64,000 bases of DNA from Lytechinus pictus (GCF_037042905.1 NC_087250.1:23066001-23130000); one strand, 5' to 3'; numbered from the stretch's first letter, positions 1 through 14,564 are shown. Notes: generated from the sequence alone by a model not told the origin. A program made the numbers and translations.

Positions 1-132
1 GAACAATTGGTGAAGTTTTAAGTTATTCGTGTAACGATGGCTTCATTCCGGACGGTGACTTGACTACGACCTGTAATCGTGATGATGGAGGAGACACAGC
101 AAGCTATTCTTCTGTGCCAGGCAAATGCGTCG
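1..132 (+). CDS. Sushi/CCP exon (partial, copy 1) of Sushi + C-type lectin gene
   Basis: Encodes ...TIGEVLSYSCNDGFIPDGDLTTTCNRDDGGDTASYSSVPGKCV; donor G|GTAAGG at 132/133. Confidence 0.9.
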
Positions 133-1187
133 GTAAGGATTTGTCACATTATCTTTCAGATTGAGAGGTTTGCTTTTTAAATTCTGATTCGTGTTACAAG
201 TAAAAATCATGCGTAAAACAAACAAAAAAACGTGAACCATGTACATCAGTGGTCTGTTAATTGACATACTGTAGAAATAGATACATTTTAACTCCTCTCT
301 CTCTCATTCTTTCTTTTTCTTGCTTTGAAATAACACTTGAATCCCCCAAATTGTATCAAATTAAGAGGAGTTGCAAGCTACATGTATATAGCTCTCAGTC
401 TTATACCCCGTTTAGATCTGTCTCTCTCTCGCGTCACACTAAACAATCATCTGGAAAAAACATGGCATAAAATCAATTGTGAAACATTTCTGTTTTTTCA
501 TCTTTTCCAACAACTATGTATTTTTCTAGTTTTATTTTTATATTTTTTTTCATAAATTTTCAATTTATCTCCTAGTTTATACATTTTCATCTTTTATTAA
601 TTCTTATGTGTATTTTGTTCTCTCCTTCCGTTTTCATCTTGAAGATTTCTAACGTATTTCTATAATATGCTTTAACTCCCAAACAAACTCCCAAATTCCC
701 TGGAAAAAAATTGATTCAGATACAATGTACATGTAACAAAGTCAAAACAGCTCTTAAAGCATACTTATTTAAATTGTACCTAGCCTCAACATAATGAACT
801 CACCAACACTTCTCTTCCTTTCCTTTGTTTTCTCAAGTGCATAGAGACTTATTTGTTCTGTAATATGCGCAATACAAAAACTGACCATTATTAGTATTTT
901 TATTATTATTAGGTGAATTTTGAAGAATGGGAGAGGGCAAGAGTAGTTCCCTTTCATGTTAATGTAAAATTAGAATGATTATTGTTATTTGTGCTACATT
1001 GTATTTATTATGATTATTATTATTATCTCTACTCTAATTATCATTGGTATTATAATTTCACTATTTTTATAATTTTTAGCTAAAACTTTATTTTTAATCA
1101 TTACCATTATTGTGTGATTATCATCATCATCCTTTATCATCATTATTGTAGTCATTTTATCATTACCAGCATCATTATCATAGTACT

Positions 1188-1450
1188 TGGGGCATTGTGG
1201 TCTAGTGGTTAAGACTCTCGTCTTTCAATCTGAAGGACGTGGGTTCGATTCCAAGCTATGGCGTGTTTTCCTTCAGCAAGAAATTTATCCACATTGTGCT
1301 GCACTCAACCCAGGGTACCGGCAGGAAGCAATTCCTGAAAATGCAGTGAGCACTGGAATCAGTAGACTATATGTAGCTTAGCCGGGGTGATATAGGAGCG
1401 CCTAGAGCACTTAGGAAGGTGGATATGTGCACTATACAAATCCTATATTA
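1188..1450 (+). mobile_element. tRNA-derived SINE (also at ~2817, ~4463 and ~6085 in each tandem unit)
   Basis: A box TGGTCTAGTGG, B box GTTCGATTC, core tccttcagcaagaaatttatccacattgtgctgcactcaacccagg, (TAT)n tail. Confidence 0.8.
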
Positions 1451-1569
1451 TTATTTATTTATCATTTTATTACTTATATCGTTGATATCATTTTCGTCAT
1501 CATAATCATTGTAGTTCATATCACACCCGAATGAATATCATATGCTATGCTTTTATTCACATTGTGCAG

Positions 1570-1761
1570 AACCCACATGCAGCAATCCCCCATCTGTTGA
1601 AAACGCAGCCCTTGATTCCACTCCAGCAGGAACAATTGGTGAAGTTTTAAGTTATTCGTGTAACGATGGCTTCATTCCAGACGGTGACTTGACTACGACC
1701 TGTAATCGTGATGATGGAGGAGACACAGCAAGCTATTCTTCTGTGCCAGGCAAATGCGTCG
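1570..1761 (+). CDS. Sushi/CCP exon copy 2 (192 bp, phase 1-1)
   Basis: ttgtgcag| acceptor and |gtaagg donor; EPTCSNPPSVENA...SYSCNDGF...TTTC...PGKCV shows the four-Cys CCP pattern (C-x-x-PP, Y-x-C-x-x-GF). Confidence 0.92.
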
Positions 1762-3205
1762 GTAAGGATTTGTCACATTATCTTTCAGATTGAGAGGTTT
1801 GCTTTTTAAATTCTGATTCGTGTTACAAGTAAAAATCATGCGTAAAACAAACAAAAAAACGTGAACCATGTACATCAGTGGTCTGTTAATTGACATACTG
1901 TAGAAATAGATACATTTTAACTCCTCTCTCTCTCATTCTTTCTTTTTCTTGCTTTGAAATAACACTTGAATCCCCCAAATTGTATCAAATTAAGAGGAGT
2001 TGCAAGCTACATGTATATAGCTCTCAGTCTTATACCCCGTTTAGATCTGTCTCTCTCTCGCGTCACACTAAACAATCATCTGGAAAAAACATGGCATAAA
2101 ATCAATTGTGAAACATTTCTGTTTTTTCATCTTTTCCAACAACTATGTATTTTTCTAGTTTTATTTTTATATTTTTTTTCATAAATTTTCAATTTATCTC
2201 CTAGTTTATACATTTTCATCTTTTATTAATTCTTATGTGTATTTTGTTCTCTCCTTCCGTTTTCATCTTGAAGATTTCTAACGTATTTCTATAATATGCT
2301 TTAACTCCCAAACAAACTCCCAAATTCCCTGGAAAAAAATTGATTCAGATACAATGTACATGTAACAAAGTCAAAACAGCTCTTAAAGCATACTTATTTA
2401 AATTGTACCTAGCCTCAACATAATGAACTCACCAACACTTCTCTTCCTTTCCTTTGTTTTCTCAAGTGCATAGAGACTTATTTGTTCTGTAATATGCGCA
2501 ATACAAAAACTGACCATTATTAGTATTTTTATTATTATTAGGTGAATTTTGAAGAATGGGAGAGGGCAAGAGTAGTTCCCTTTCATGTTAATGTAAAATT
2601 AGAATGATTATTGTTATTTGTGCTACATTGTATTTATTATGATTATTATTATTATCTCTACTCTAATTATCATTGGTATTATAATTTCACTATTTTTATA
2701 ATTTTTAGCTAAAACTTTATTTTTAATCATTACCATTATTGTGTGATTATCATCATCATCCTTTATCATCATTATTGTAGTCATTTTATCATTACCAGCA
2801 TCATTATCATAGTACTTGGGGCATTGTGGTCTAGTGGTTAAGACTCTCGTCTTTCAATCTGAAGGACGTGGGTTCGATTCCAAGCTATGGCGTGTTTTCC
2901 TTCAGCAAGAAATTTATCCACATTGTGCTACACTCAACCCAGGGTACCGGCAGGAAGCAATTCCTGAAAAAGCAGTGAGCACTGGAATCAGTAGACTATA
3001 TGTAGCTTAGCCGGGGTGATATAGGAGCGCCTAGAGCACTTAGGAAGGTGGATATGTGCACTATACAAATCCTATATTAATTATTATTATTTATTTATCA
3101 TTTTATTACTTATATCGTTGATATCATTTTCGTCATCATAATCATTGTAGTTCATATCACACCCGAATGAATATCATATGCTATGCTTTTATTCACATTG
3201 TGCAG

Positions 3206-3397
3206 AACCCACATGCAGCAATCCCCCATCTGTTGAAAACGCAGCCCTTGATTCCACTCCAGCAGGAACAATTGGTGAAGTTTTAAGTTATTCGTGTAAC
3301 GATGGCTTCATTCCGGACGGTGACTTGACTACGACCTGTAATCGTGATGATGGAGGAGACACAGCAAGCTATTCTTCTGTGCCAGGCAAATGCGTCG
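3206..3397 (+). CDS. Sushi/CCP exon copy 3
   Basis: Same splice sites and protein as copy 2. Confidence 0.92.
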
Positions 3398-4148
3398 GTA
3401 AGGATTTGTCACATTATCTTTCAGATTGAGAGGTTTGCTTTTTAAATTCTGATTCGTGTTACAAGTAAAAATCATGCGTAAAACAAACAAAAAAACGTGA
3501 ACCATGTACATCAGTGGTCTGTTAATTGACATACTGTAGAAATAGATACATTTTAACTCCTCTCTCTCTCATTCTTTCTTTTTCTTGCTTTGAAATAACA
3601 CTTGAATCCCCCAAATTGTATCAAATTAAGAGGAGTTGCAAGCTACATGTATATAGCTCTCAGTCTTATACCCCGTTTAGATCTGTCTCTCTCTCGCGTC
3701 ACACTAAACAATCATCTGGAAAAAACATGGCATAAAATCAATTGTGAAACATTTCTGTTTTTTCATCTTTTCCAACAACTATGTATTTTTCTAGTTTTAT
3801 TTTTATATTTTTTTTCATAAATTTTCAATTTATCTCCTAGTTTATACATTTTCATCTTTTATTAATTCTTATGTGTATTTTGTTCTCTCCTTCCGTTTTC
3901 ATCTTGAAGATTTCTAACGTATTTCTATAATATGCTTTAACTCCCAAACAAACTCCCAAAATCCCTGGAAAAAAATTGATTCAGATACATGTAACAAAGT
4001 CAAAACAGCTCTTAAAACATACTTCTTTAAATTGTACCTAGGCTAGCCTCAACATAATGAGCTCACCAACACTTCTCTTCCTTTCCTTTGTTTTCTCAAG
4101 TGCATAGAGACTTATTTGTTCTGTGATATGCGCAATACAAAAACTGAC

Positions 4149-4183
<35 letters not shown>

Positions 4184-4844
4184 GGTGAATTTTGAAGAAT
4201 GGGAGAGGGCAATAGTAGTTCCCTTTCATGTAAATGTAAAATTAGAATGATTATTGTTATTTGTGCTACATTGTATTTATTATGATTATTATTATTATCT
4301 CTACTCTAATTATCATTGGTATTATAATTTCACTATTTTTATAATTTTTTGCTAAAACTTTATTTTTAATCATTACCATTATTGTGTGATTATCATCATC
4401 ATCCTTTATTATCATCATTATTGTAGTCATTTTATCATTACCAGCATCATTATTATAGTATTTGGGGCGTTGTGGTCTAGTGGTTAAGACTCTCGTCTTT
4501 CAATCTGAAGGACGTGGGTTCGATTCCAAGCCATGGCATGTTTTCCTTCAGCAAGAAATTTATCCACATTGTGCTACACTCAACCCAGGGTACCGGCAGG
4601 AAGCAATTCCTGAAAAAGCAGTGAGCACCGGAATCAGTAGACTATATGTAGCTTAGCCGGGGTGATATAGGAGCGCCTAGAGCACTTAGGAAGGTGGATA
4701 TGTGCACTATACAAATCCTATATTATTATTTATTTATCATTTTATTACTTATATCGTTGATATCATTTTCGTCATCATAATCATTGTAGTTCATATCACA
4801 CCCGAATGAATATCATATGCTATGCTTTTATTCACATTGTGCAG

Positions 4845-5036
4845 AACCCACATGCAGCAATCCCCCATCTGTTGAAAACGCAGACCTTGATTCCACTCCA
4901 GCAGGAACAATTGGTGAAGTTTTAAGTTATTCGTGTAACGATGGCTTCATTCCGGACGGTGACTTGACTACGACCTGTAATCGTGATGATGGAGGAGACA
5001 CAGCAAGCTATTCTTCTGTGCCAGGCAAATGCGTCG
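4845..5036 (+). CDS. Sushi/CCP exon copy 4 (one A->D change)
   Basis: Same splice sites; ENADLD instead of ENAALD. Confidence 0.92.
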
Positions 5037-6466
5037 GTAAGGATTTGTCACATTATCTTTCAGATTGAGAGGTTTGCTTTTTAAATTCTGATTCGTGTTA
5101 CAAGTAAAAATCATGCGTAAAACAAACAAAAAAACGTGAACCATGTACATCAGTGGTCTGTTAATTGACATACTGTAGAAATAGATACATTTTAACTCCT
5201 CTCTCTCTCATTCTTTCTTTTTCTTGCTTTGAAATAACACTTGAATCCCCCAAATTGTATCAAATTAAGAGGAGTTGCAAGCTACATGTATATAGCTCTC
5301 AGTCTTATACCCCGTTTAGATCTGTCTCTCTCTCGCGTCACACTAAACAATCATCTGGAACGAACATGGCATAAAATCAATTGTGAAACATTTCTGTTTT
5401 TTCATCTTTTCCAACAACTATGTATTTTTCTAGTTTTATTTTTATATTTTTTTTCATAAATTTTCAATTTATCTCCTAGTTTATACATTTTCATCTTTTA
5501 TTAATTCTTATGTGTATTTTGTTCTCTCCTTCCGTTTTCATCTTGAAGATTTCTAACGTATTTCTATAATATGCTTTAACTCCCAAACAAACTCCCAAAT
5601 TCCCTGGAAAAAAATCGATTCAGATACATGTAACAAAGTCAAAACAGCTCTTAAAGCATACTTATTTAAATTGTACCTAGCCTCAACATAATGAACTCAC
5701 CAACACTTCTCTTCCTTTCCTTTGTTTTCTCAAGTGCATAGAGACTTATTTGTTCTGTAATATGCGCAATACAAAAACTGACCATTATTAGTATTTTTAT
5801 TATTATTAGGTGAATTTTGAAGAATGGGAGAGGGCAAGAGTAGTTCCCTTTCATGTTAATGTAAAATTAGAATGATTATTGTTATATGTGCTACATTGTA
5901 TTTATTATGATTATTATTATTATCTCTACTCTAATTATCATTGGTATTATAATTTCACTATTTTTATAATTTTTAGCTAAAACTTTATTTTTAATCATTA
6001 CCATTATTGTGTGATTATCATCATCATCCTTTATCATCATTATTGTAGTCATTTTATCATTACCAGCATCATTATCATAGTACTTGGGGCATTGTGGTCT
6101 AGTGGTTAAGACTCTCGTCTTTCAATCTGAAGGACGTGGGTTCGATTCCAAGCTATGGCGTGTTTTCCTTCAGCAAGAAATTTATCCACATTGTGCTGCA
6201 CTCAACCCAGGGTACCGGCAGGAAGCAATTCCTGAAAAAGCAGTGAGCACTGGAATCAGTAGACTATATGTAGCTTAGCCGGGGTGATATAGGAGCGCCT
6301 AGAGCACTTAGGAAGGTGGATATGTGCACTATACAAATCCTATATTATTATTTATTTATCATTTTATTACTTATATCGTTGATATCATTTTCGTCATCAT
6401 AATCATTGTAGTTCATATCACACCCGAATGAATATCATATGCTATGCTTTTATTCACATTGTGCAG

Positions 6467-6658
6467 AACCCACATGCAGCAATCCCCCATCTGTTGAAAA
6501 CGCAGCCCTTGATTCCACTCCAGCAGGAACAATTGGTGAAGTTTTAAGTTATTCGTGTAACGATGGCTTCATTCCGGACGGTGACTTGACTACGACCTGT
6601 AATCGTGATGATGGAGGAGACACAGCAAGCTATTCTTCTGTGCCAGGCAAATGCGTCG
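6467..6658 (+). CDS. Sushi/CCP exon copy 5
   Basis: Same splice sites and protein as copy 2. Confidence 0.92.
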
Positions 6659-9615
6659 GTAAGGATTTGTCACATTATCTTTCAGATTGAGAGGTTTGCT
6701 TTTTAAATTCTGATTCGTGTTACAAGTAAAAATCATGCGTAAAACAAACAAAAAAACGTGAACCATGTACATCAGTGGTCTGTTAATTGACATACTGTAG
6801 AAATAGATACATTTTAACTCCTCTCTCTCTCATTCTTTCTTTCTCTTGCTTTGAAATAACACTTGAATCCCCCAAATTGTATCAAATGAAGAGGAGTTGC
6901 AAGCTACATGTATATAGCTCTCAGTCTTATACCCCGTTTAGATCTGTCTCTCTCTCGCGTCACACTAAACAATCATCTGGAACGAACACGGCATAAAATC
7001 AATTGTGAAACATTTCTGTTTTTTCATCTTTTCCAACAACTATGTATTTTTCTAGTTTTATTTTTATCTTTTTTTGTCATAAATTTTCAATGTATCTCCT
7101 AGTTTATACATTTTCATCTTTTATTAATTCTTATGTGCATTTTGTTCTCTCCTTCCGTTTTCATCTTGAAGATTTGTAACATATTTCTTTAATATGCTTT
7201 AACTCCCAAACAAACTCCCAAATTCCCTGGAAAAAAAATCGATTCAGATACATGTTACAAAGTCAAAACAGCTCTTAAAACATACTTCTTTAAATTGTAC
7301 CTAGCCTCAACATAATGAACTCACCAACACTTCTCTTCCTTTCCTTTGTTTTCTCAAGTGCATAGAGACTTATTTGTTCTGTAATATGCGCAATACAAAA
7401 ACTGACCATTATTATTATTATTATTACATGTAGGTGAATTTTGAAGAATGGGAGAGGGCAATAGTAGTTCCCTTTCATGTAAATGTAAAATTAGAATGAT
7501 TATTGTTATTTGTGCTACATGCAGCTTAGCGAGGGTAATATAGGAGTGCCTTGAGCATGTACATGTAGCAAGTTGGATACGTGTGCTATACAAATCTTTC
7601 TTTGTGTTGTGAGCAAAAGGTTAAATTTTACTAGTACAAATCCTATATTTAGGGATAATTGGATGGCCTTGAGTGGGATGCGAAGAAATATTGTATGAGC
7701 TGAAGAACAAGATTGGATGAGTCGAAGATGAACCCAGAATTGTTCTTCAGCGAGTAACAATATTTCTACGCATCTCATGAAAATTGGTCATCCAACATTC
7801 TTATTATTTAGATATCCCCACAAACCTAAACATAAAGTAATAAAGCAAAAAAATATTGGTTTTAGTAACCATCATATGTGGCAATCCTGTAAATCATGAG
7901 CATGGCACCTGAGTATTGTTATTTTTTTAAAAGAAATCTCTGTAATAAAGTAAAGATGCGCTAGCGTGTAGTGCAAGCGCATTTGAATTCAATAAATTGA
8001 CGCTCCTTTACCACACCTCCTGGCAACTAATATGCAATGCATTTTCATTGTGATGAAACTATAGCTTCATGTGCACAATCATTTATTAACCAATAATAAT
8101 CTTGTGGGTGGGGCAAAATATTCATTTCGTCCAATATTTTCAATATTGGAAAGTTTTCATAGGCATGCACGTTAAAAATTCGTTTTAATATTTTGTCTCT
8201 CTGAAACAACCTCGCAAGACGTCAAAATATATCTGAGCCTCTAAACCCTACATCTAAATAATAATATTCATCATTACTAAAAAGATCAAGAGAAGAACAT
8301 TCATTAATATTATCAGGAAATTTATTTATTTATTTATCAATCTATTTGTTTACTTATTCGTTTATTTGTTGATTGTTTTATTTTATTTATTTATTCATTT
8401 ATTGCATTATTTCGGTGAATAGTTCTAGGCATTTCTTCATGAATATTCATTAGGTGGGCTGATGATGTCATTTCCCTACTTGTTCTTGTGTATTTTATTA
8501 TATTACATTAGGTTTATTAAAAAAATTTCTACCAAAAACGTAAAACATTTCAATTGACAAGTAAATGAGTGCATTAGTTATTTCTTGCTGCAACATATTT
8601 CACCATAATGGAGACACATCATTTACACATTTATGAAAAAATAAAACAATTATGATTTCATGTAAAGGCATGAGAAAAGGGAAAGTGGGGATGTGGCATC
8701 ATCAGCCCATCTAATGAATATTCATGACGATGTGCATATAACTGTTTTCACAAAATATTGATAAAACTTCGTTATTTGTTATCCGATTTTGATGAAATTT
8801 TCAGCATTTTGCTCAGTGAATTTAACTATTTATTTAGATATAAATATTTTCAGCCCGGATCATCCTTTTAATGAGGATTTGTTTTGCGACTATTTGAAAT
8901 GCTAACTTTCATTTCTGACATGGCAATAAATGCCAAAGTTTATAACATATGTGTAATCCTTCTTTGTTTACTATTTATGAAAAAATGGTTAGCTTATTAA
9001 AGGTCAAGTCCACCCGAGAAAAACGTTGATTTGAATAAGTAGAGAAAAATCAAACTAGCATAACACTGAAAATGGTACAGTATCATCAGCCCATCTATTG
9101 AATATTTATGAAAAACTGTTTCACCATAATAATGCAATTCTTTAAAATTCAATAACTTTGTCATTTGTTATCCTGGACCATCCCTTTAATGATATATAAC
9201 ACACAGTAGTCAGTTTACTGCCAGTTGTGGAAATGATCTCAAAATGAATTCGAAAAGAATCCAATAAAATGACCACCCAAGTATTTCTATGTATGAATAA
9301 AAAAATATGTGGCAATTCGCTCTGGAAAAAAATGTTTGATTGCTGAGAAATGAGCAAAATAATCATGGAATTCCATTAATGTCGGGTATTTGTCCAAGCA
9401 TTATTAATACACTGTTATCGGCAGAATCATCGGTTTTCAGCTAAAATGTCATGATTTCACATAGATGAGTTGATTCCAATGTACCAGACCTTGATCTGTG
9501 AGAATGTGATACCTTGATTATAAAGGCTTTCTCTTGAAATAATTGTTTGCTGCAATTTATTTTCTTTTATTATGTTTAAATACAACCTTTCCTTCTTTTG
9601 TTTTTCCTTTTTCAG

Positions 9616-9728
9616 AGCCTGAGCCTGAGGTCGTGTGTCCAGAAGGTTTTACCTTCCTAGCGGATAGGGAAACCGGACAATGTGTCAAATACCAACCTGA
9701 TAATCTACCTTGGGAAATGCACGCAAGA
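9616..9728 (+). CDS. C-type lectin domain 1, exon a
   Basis: ttttcag| acceptor, |gtgagt donor; (E)PEPEVVCPEGFTFLADRETGQCVKYQPDNLPWEMHAR; phase 1->0 fits the Sushi exon. Confidence 0.88.
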
Positions 9729-10778
9729 GTGAGTATTAGTGAACATTGTGGGCGCCTCAAACGTTTGATTTTGTTTTAAAGGATTTTTCATTCGTGGGTT
9801 CTCACTCAATCGAGATCAGTGACACAAAAGCCCACATTTTATTTTAAATTTGAACGGTGGAACATCCTTTAAGGGATGGTCCAGGCTGGAAATATTTATA
9901 GCTCAATAAATAGAGTAAAATTCACAGAGCAAAATGCTGAGAATTTGATCAAAATCGGATCACAAATAACAAAGTTATTGAATTTTAAAGATTTGCATTA
10001 TTCCGGTGAAACAGTTCTAGGCATGTCTTTATGAATATTCTTTAGGTGGGCTGATGATGTCATATCCCCTCTTGTCCTTTTGTATTTTATTATATGAAAC
10101 TAGGTTTATTCAAAAAATTTCTACCAAGAACTAAAACAATTGGATTGGCAACTGATTAAGTGCATTAGTTATTATTGCCTCAATTTATTTCATCATAATG
10201 AGACACATTATTTACACATGTTAAAAAAAAATGGAACTTCTTCCTCATACATGTGTATACCACAAAAACATTGTTTGGTCTTGCACTGTGTTGCACCAGG
10301 GTAATTCCATAGGTTGGTGGACATGAGCTCAATGTGTCTTTGTACATACAGCCCATCTGAACCGTAACGTGAGTAACCACTTTATCTGCACCCCTAGTAA
10401 AAACCATGTGTTCTTTATTTTTTTAATTATATACAAATTTGTCTCCCTAATATACTTCTTTGAAATGGATATAATCAACTTTCCTAAACGCCTTGCATGA
10501 GGACACTTTTCACTTATGTCCACTTTTCATTTTATGCATGTCCAAATCATGTAACGTGAGTAACCGACACATTTCAAATATTTGCCAGGAGCATAATGAA
10601 ATTTCCCAAGGTTTGTTTTTATACAAAGGATAGTCAGACTGCGTACTATGTTGTAATAAAGAGATTTTTAGTTCCTATCAATAATTATGGAGTTACAGCT
10701 CCAAGTATGAGTCAAGGTGTCTCCAAATGTAATGTGGGTAACCGTGGAATAGCCCACCATGTTTTTCTGTCATTGTAG

Positions 10779-10936
10779 CTATGCAAACAAAGTGGTGGGA
10801 GGCTTGTGGTCCCTGTGTCAGGAGCAGATCTCAAAGCTGTATTAGTGTACCAAGCTACTCAGACCAAGGAGGTTGTGTGGTATGGGCCTCAAGCCCTTGC
10901 TGGAGATGGAGTTTTCAGAGATTTCGACTACCAACG
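10779..10936 (+). CDS. C-type lectin domain 1, exon b
   Basis: cattgtag| acceptor, |gtaaat donor; LCKQSGGRLVVPVSGADLKAVLVYQATQTKEVVWYGPQALAGDGVFRDFDYQ; phase 0->2; this frame is not in the ORF track. Confidence 0.85.
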
Positions 10937-11910
10937 GTAAATAGCATATTATTATTTATTGGATATTAATAATAATAGTAATAATAGTTGATCCCCTCCC
11001 CCTTGACAAATTTTGTCACTATGCTGTGGCAGAAATTTTTGTTGCCGTGTTGTGGGTGGATTTTTACTCTTATGTCTTGCACATCTTTTGAGACCACATT
11101 TGCGGCGCACAGGTATGCAGTTCTGAAATGGCAGATCCAAAATTGCTCAAAAACTTGATTCCGTGTACAAAGTCATTGCAAAATGTGTTTTCATCCTGAA
11201 AATCATAGTTTTGTTGGTTTAAATGGATTTGTTTTATGCTATTTATGATTACAAAAGGGTCCCCAACAAAGTTCTTAAAAAAAAACAATAGAAAACAAAG
11301 GTTCTAAAAAACAATGAAATACATAAGAATTAAACAAACATTAAAAGACATAGGAAATTTATTATGTTTTGGCAATTTTTTTGTAGATATTTGTGAGAAA
11401 TGTAATGACTGATATTTTCACCAAAAATTAGCATTCAACTGGCTATATAAAGGGAGTTAAAGGCAAAAAACCATATTTGCATTATTGATTAATTAAGTAA
11501 TATAAGCAATGAAAATTTTACTATATAGGCTTGCAGTTTACATTCGGCTCTACGGGCGTGCAAATTTTTGCGGCGATCACGCAATCAGCAGCCGGTATAT
11601 TCTGGTTAATTCAATTATCCAATTTAATTAGGCTAAAAAAGCCTAAAGGCAGTTTACTAAGCTTTATTTCATCTTTGAGTATCCATGGTCTTTTTCAGTT
11701 CTAACATATATATTTTTTTTGCTCCTGCGTTCTGTTCTTCCAATGCAAGATTACTCTGGAAGGTGCGTGTCAAAAAGCTATTGATGATGATTATGATGAA
11801 GATAATGACAGTATAGTGTTTGATAGTATTTGAAAATATACATGTAGACGATGATGATGATAGTACTATGAACTACAGTTATCTGTTTATTTATAAAGGC
11901 GTATTCATAA

Positions 11911-12737
11911 TAGTGCTGTTATTGATAACCTCGTTATCGCTAGTGATGTCGAAAATCGCATGTTTTTGCCACTTAGCGATTATCGATAACCTTTCTCTCG
12001 TTGTCGATAATACCCGCTATTATGTAGTACAGCAAAGTTCCTCCGCATTCGCACATATACAGGGGGAAACCCCTGCTCAACCGGCCAGTAATAACGGTCT
12101 AATTGCTCCTGCTAGCGATGTTGTTACTATGAGGCTGTCCCGCGCACAACGAAAGTTTGATTCGTTGTCGAACTTGACGGCAATGATTGGTTATTCATTG
12201 GGCTGGATATGGCCAATCAATGACAAAGGAGGATGTCTGCGAGCGTGTGCACGAGGGCTGGCCTCTGGAACCCAGGGGGATTTGGGAATCATGAATATTA
12301 ATTCATTATCAAAACAAGAGATTTAGTAAACAACATTGTGACTCCACCCTCCAAAATGAACGAGAGACCACGAGAGCGTGTGCCTCTGATTATTTTGGGA
12401 TGTACACTTGTCATTTTGTGCACAGGCAAATTTCTTTCCTTTTGGTTCATACCGGTGTTATTGGTTTCGCCATGTTCGTAACTTCAGAAAAGTAAATGAG
12501 TTTGGCTGACGCTGACAGTGCACAATCTGCGTCGCCGTTTACACTATGTCGCCCAAGCCTAGCCTAAAGCTACGGCACCGACGTGGACGGGATGCAGCCC
12601 TATCTAAACTGCCGTGGCGCATTCAAAACTACCTCGAACAGGCCTATTAATAAAATGTTCTTTTATCGATAGTTGATATCAGTAAGATATTTTTACCGAT
12701 ATATCGACAGAGAATTTTCTTACCGATAACAGCACTA
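11911..12737. mobile_element. Non-autonomous hAT-like DNA transposon
   Basis: TIR TAGTGCTGTTAT...ATAACAGCACTA with 8-bp TSD ATTCATAA. Confidence 0.75.
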
Positions 12738-12924
12738 ATTCATAATGAACTGAATGCATAAGCAATTGAGTAGATTGTGAATTAAGTTCAACTAGATAAT
12801 GTCATTACACTATTTCTTTTTAGCCTGTGTTCTCTGTTGTTGTTGGTAAATATGTTTTTCAATATTGAATGGGATGGTGCCATGCAAATATTAAATCATA
12901 TTTTTGTAAAATCTGTATCTCTAG

Positions 12925-13061
12925 CCTTGTATACAGCAACTTTGGAGAAAGTGGAAGTGGTAACTGCGCGTATGTGCAGTTGGATCGCAGTTTGTATGTC
13001 AGAGATTGCTGCTGGAACGCCCGCCCAGCCATGTGTGCAATCGATCTTCCCGGTCCCAAGG
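12925..13061 (+). CDS. C-type lectin domain 1, exon c
   Basis: tctctag| acceptor (alternative in-frame AG at 12935-12936), |gtaagt donor; LVYSNFGESGSGNCAYVQLDRSLYVRDCCWNARPAMCAIDLPGPK; phase 2->1. Confidence 0.85.
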
Positions 13062-13069
13062 GTAAGTAC

Positions 13070-14053
13070 ATGATGATGATGGTGATGATGATGATGATGA
13101 TGATGGTGATGATGGTGATGGTGATGATGATGGTGATGATGATGGTGATGATGATGGTGATGATGGTGATGATGGTGATGGTGATGGTGATGATGGTGAT
13201 GGTGATGGTGATGATGGTGATGGTGATGATGGTGATGGTGATGGTGATGATGGTGGCGGTGATGATGATGGTGATGATGATGGTGATGGTGATGGTGATT
13301 ATGGCGGTGATGATGATGGTGATGATGGTGGTGATGATGATGGTGATGATGATGGTGATGATGATGGTGATGATGATGGTGATGATGGTGATGATGGTGA
13401 TGATGGTGATGATGGTGATGATGATGGTGATGATGATGGTGATGGTGATGATGATGATGGTGATGATGGTGATGATGATGATGATGGTGATGATGATGGT
13501 GATGGTGATGATGATGATGGTGATGATGGTGATGATGATGATGATGGTGATGATGATGGTGATGATGATGATGGTGATGATGGTGATGGTGATGATGGTG
13601 ATGATGGTGATGATGATGATGATGGTGATGATGATGGTGATGATGATGGTGATGATGGTGATGATGGTGATGGTGATGATGATGGTGATGGTGATGATGG
13701 TGGTGATGGTGATGATGGTGATGATGATGGTGATGGTGATGATGATGGTGATGATGATGATGATGGTGATGATGATGGTGATGATGATGGTGATGATGGT
13801 GATGGTGATGGTGATGATGGTGATGATGATGGTGATGGTGGTGATGGTGATGGTGATGATGATGATGGTGATGGTGATGGTGATGGTGATGATGATGATG
13901 GTGATGATGGTGATGGTGATGGTGATGATGATGGTGATGATGGTGATGGTGATGGTGATAATGATGATGGTGATGGTGATGGTGATGATGATGATGATGG
14001 TGATGGTGATGATGATGATGGTGATGGTGATGGTGATGGTGATGATGATGGTG

Positions 14054-14085
<32 letters not shown>

Positions 14086-14261
14086 GGTGATGGTGATGAT
14101 GATGGTGATGATGGTGATGGTGATGGTGATAATGATGATGGTGATGGTGATGGTGATGATGATGATGGTGATGATGGTGATGGTGATGATGATGGTGGTG
14201 ATTACGATGTTGGTGATTATGATTATGATGATAATGATGATGATGATGATGGTGGTGATGG

Positions 14262-14293
<32 letters not shown>

Positions 14294-14400
14294 GTGGTGA
14301 TGGTGATGATGATTATGGTGATGATGGTGGTGATGATGATGGTGATGATGGTGATGGTGGTGGGGATGATGATTGGGGTGATTATGATAATTGTGGTAAT
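13070..14400. repeat. ~1.3-kb (GAT/GGT)n microsatellite
   Basis: Directly visible; source of the poly-M/V and poly-I/T ORFs. Confidence 0.97.
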
Positions 14401-14564
14401 GAAACAGTTAATCAATCGAATTGAAATGAATAGGGTGAAAAGCATTGATTCCAGGGTCCTTTATAAAATTTATAACAAATTTGCTTGAACAGTTAAAAGC
14501 TACTGAAATCCATCAATCTGATTGGCTTTTAGTCAATTTCTTTCTCCCCATGTTGAATATTCAG

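Larger units (their letters stand above)
1..7520 (+). repeat. Tandem array of ~1.62-1.64-kb units (Sushi exon + intron containing a SINE); ~4.6 units visible, array continues upstream of the window
   Basis: Near-identical blocks recur; exon ends at 132, 1761, 3397, 5036 and 6658 (periods 1629, 1636, 1639, 1622); similarity stops near 7520. Confidence 0.97.

Noticed and set aside
64..7593. Recurrent 60-80-aa ORFs in the tandem array other than the Sushi frame
   Set aside because: They recur only because the DNA is repeated; intronic, antisense or SINE-derived, with no domain features.
9677..9700. QPD in CTLD1 as a galactose-binding motif
   Set aside because: It lies in the N-terminal exon, not in the long-loop Ca2+ site where QPD/EPN functions.
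12859..14488. 528-aa and 539-aa ORFs (poly I/T and poly M/V)
   Set aside because: Translations of the (GAT/GGT)n microsatellite; only the 12925-13061 exon is coding.
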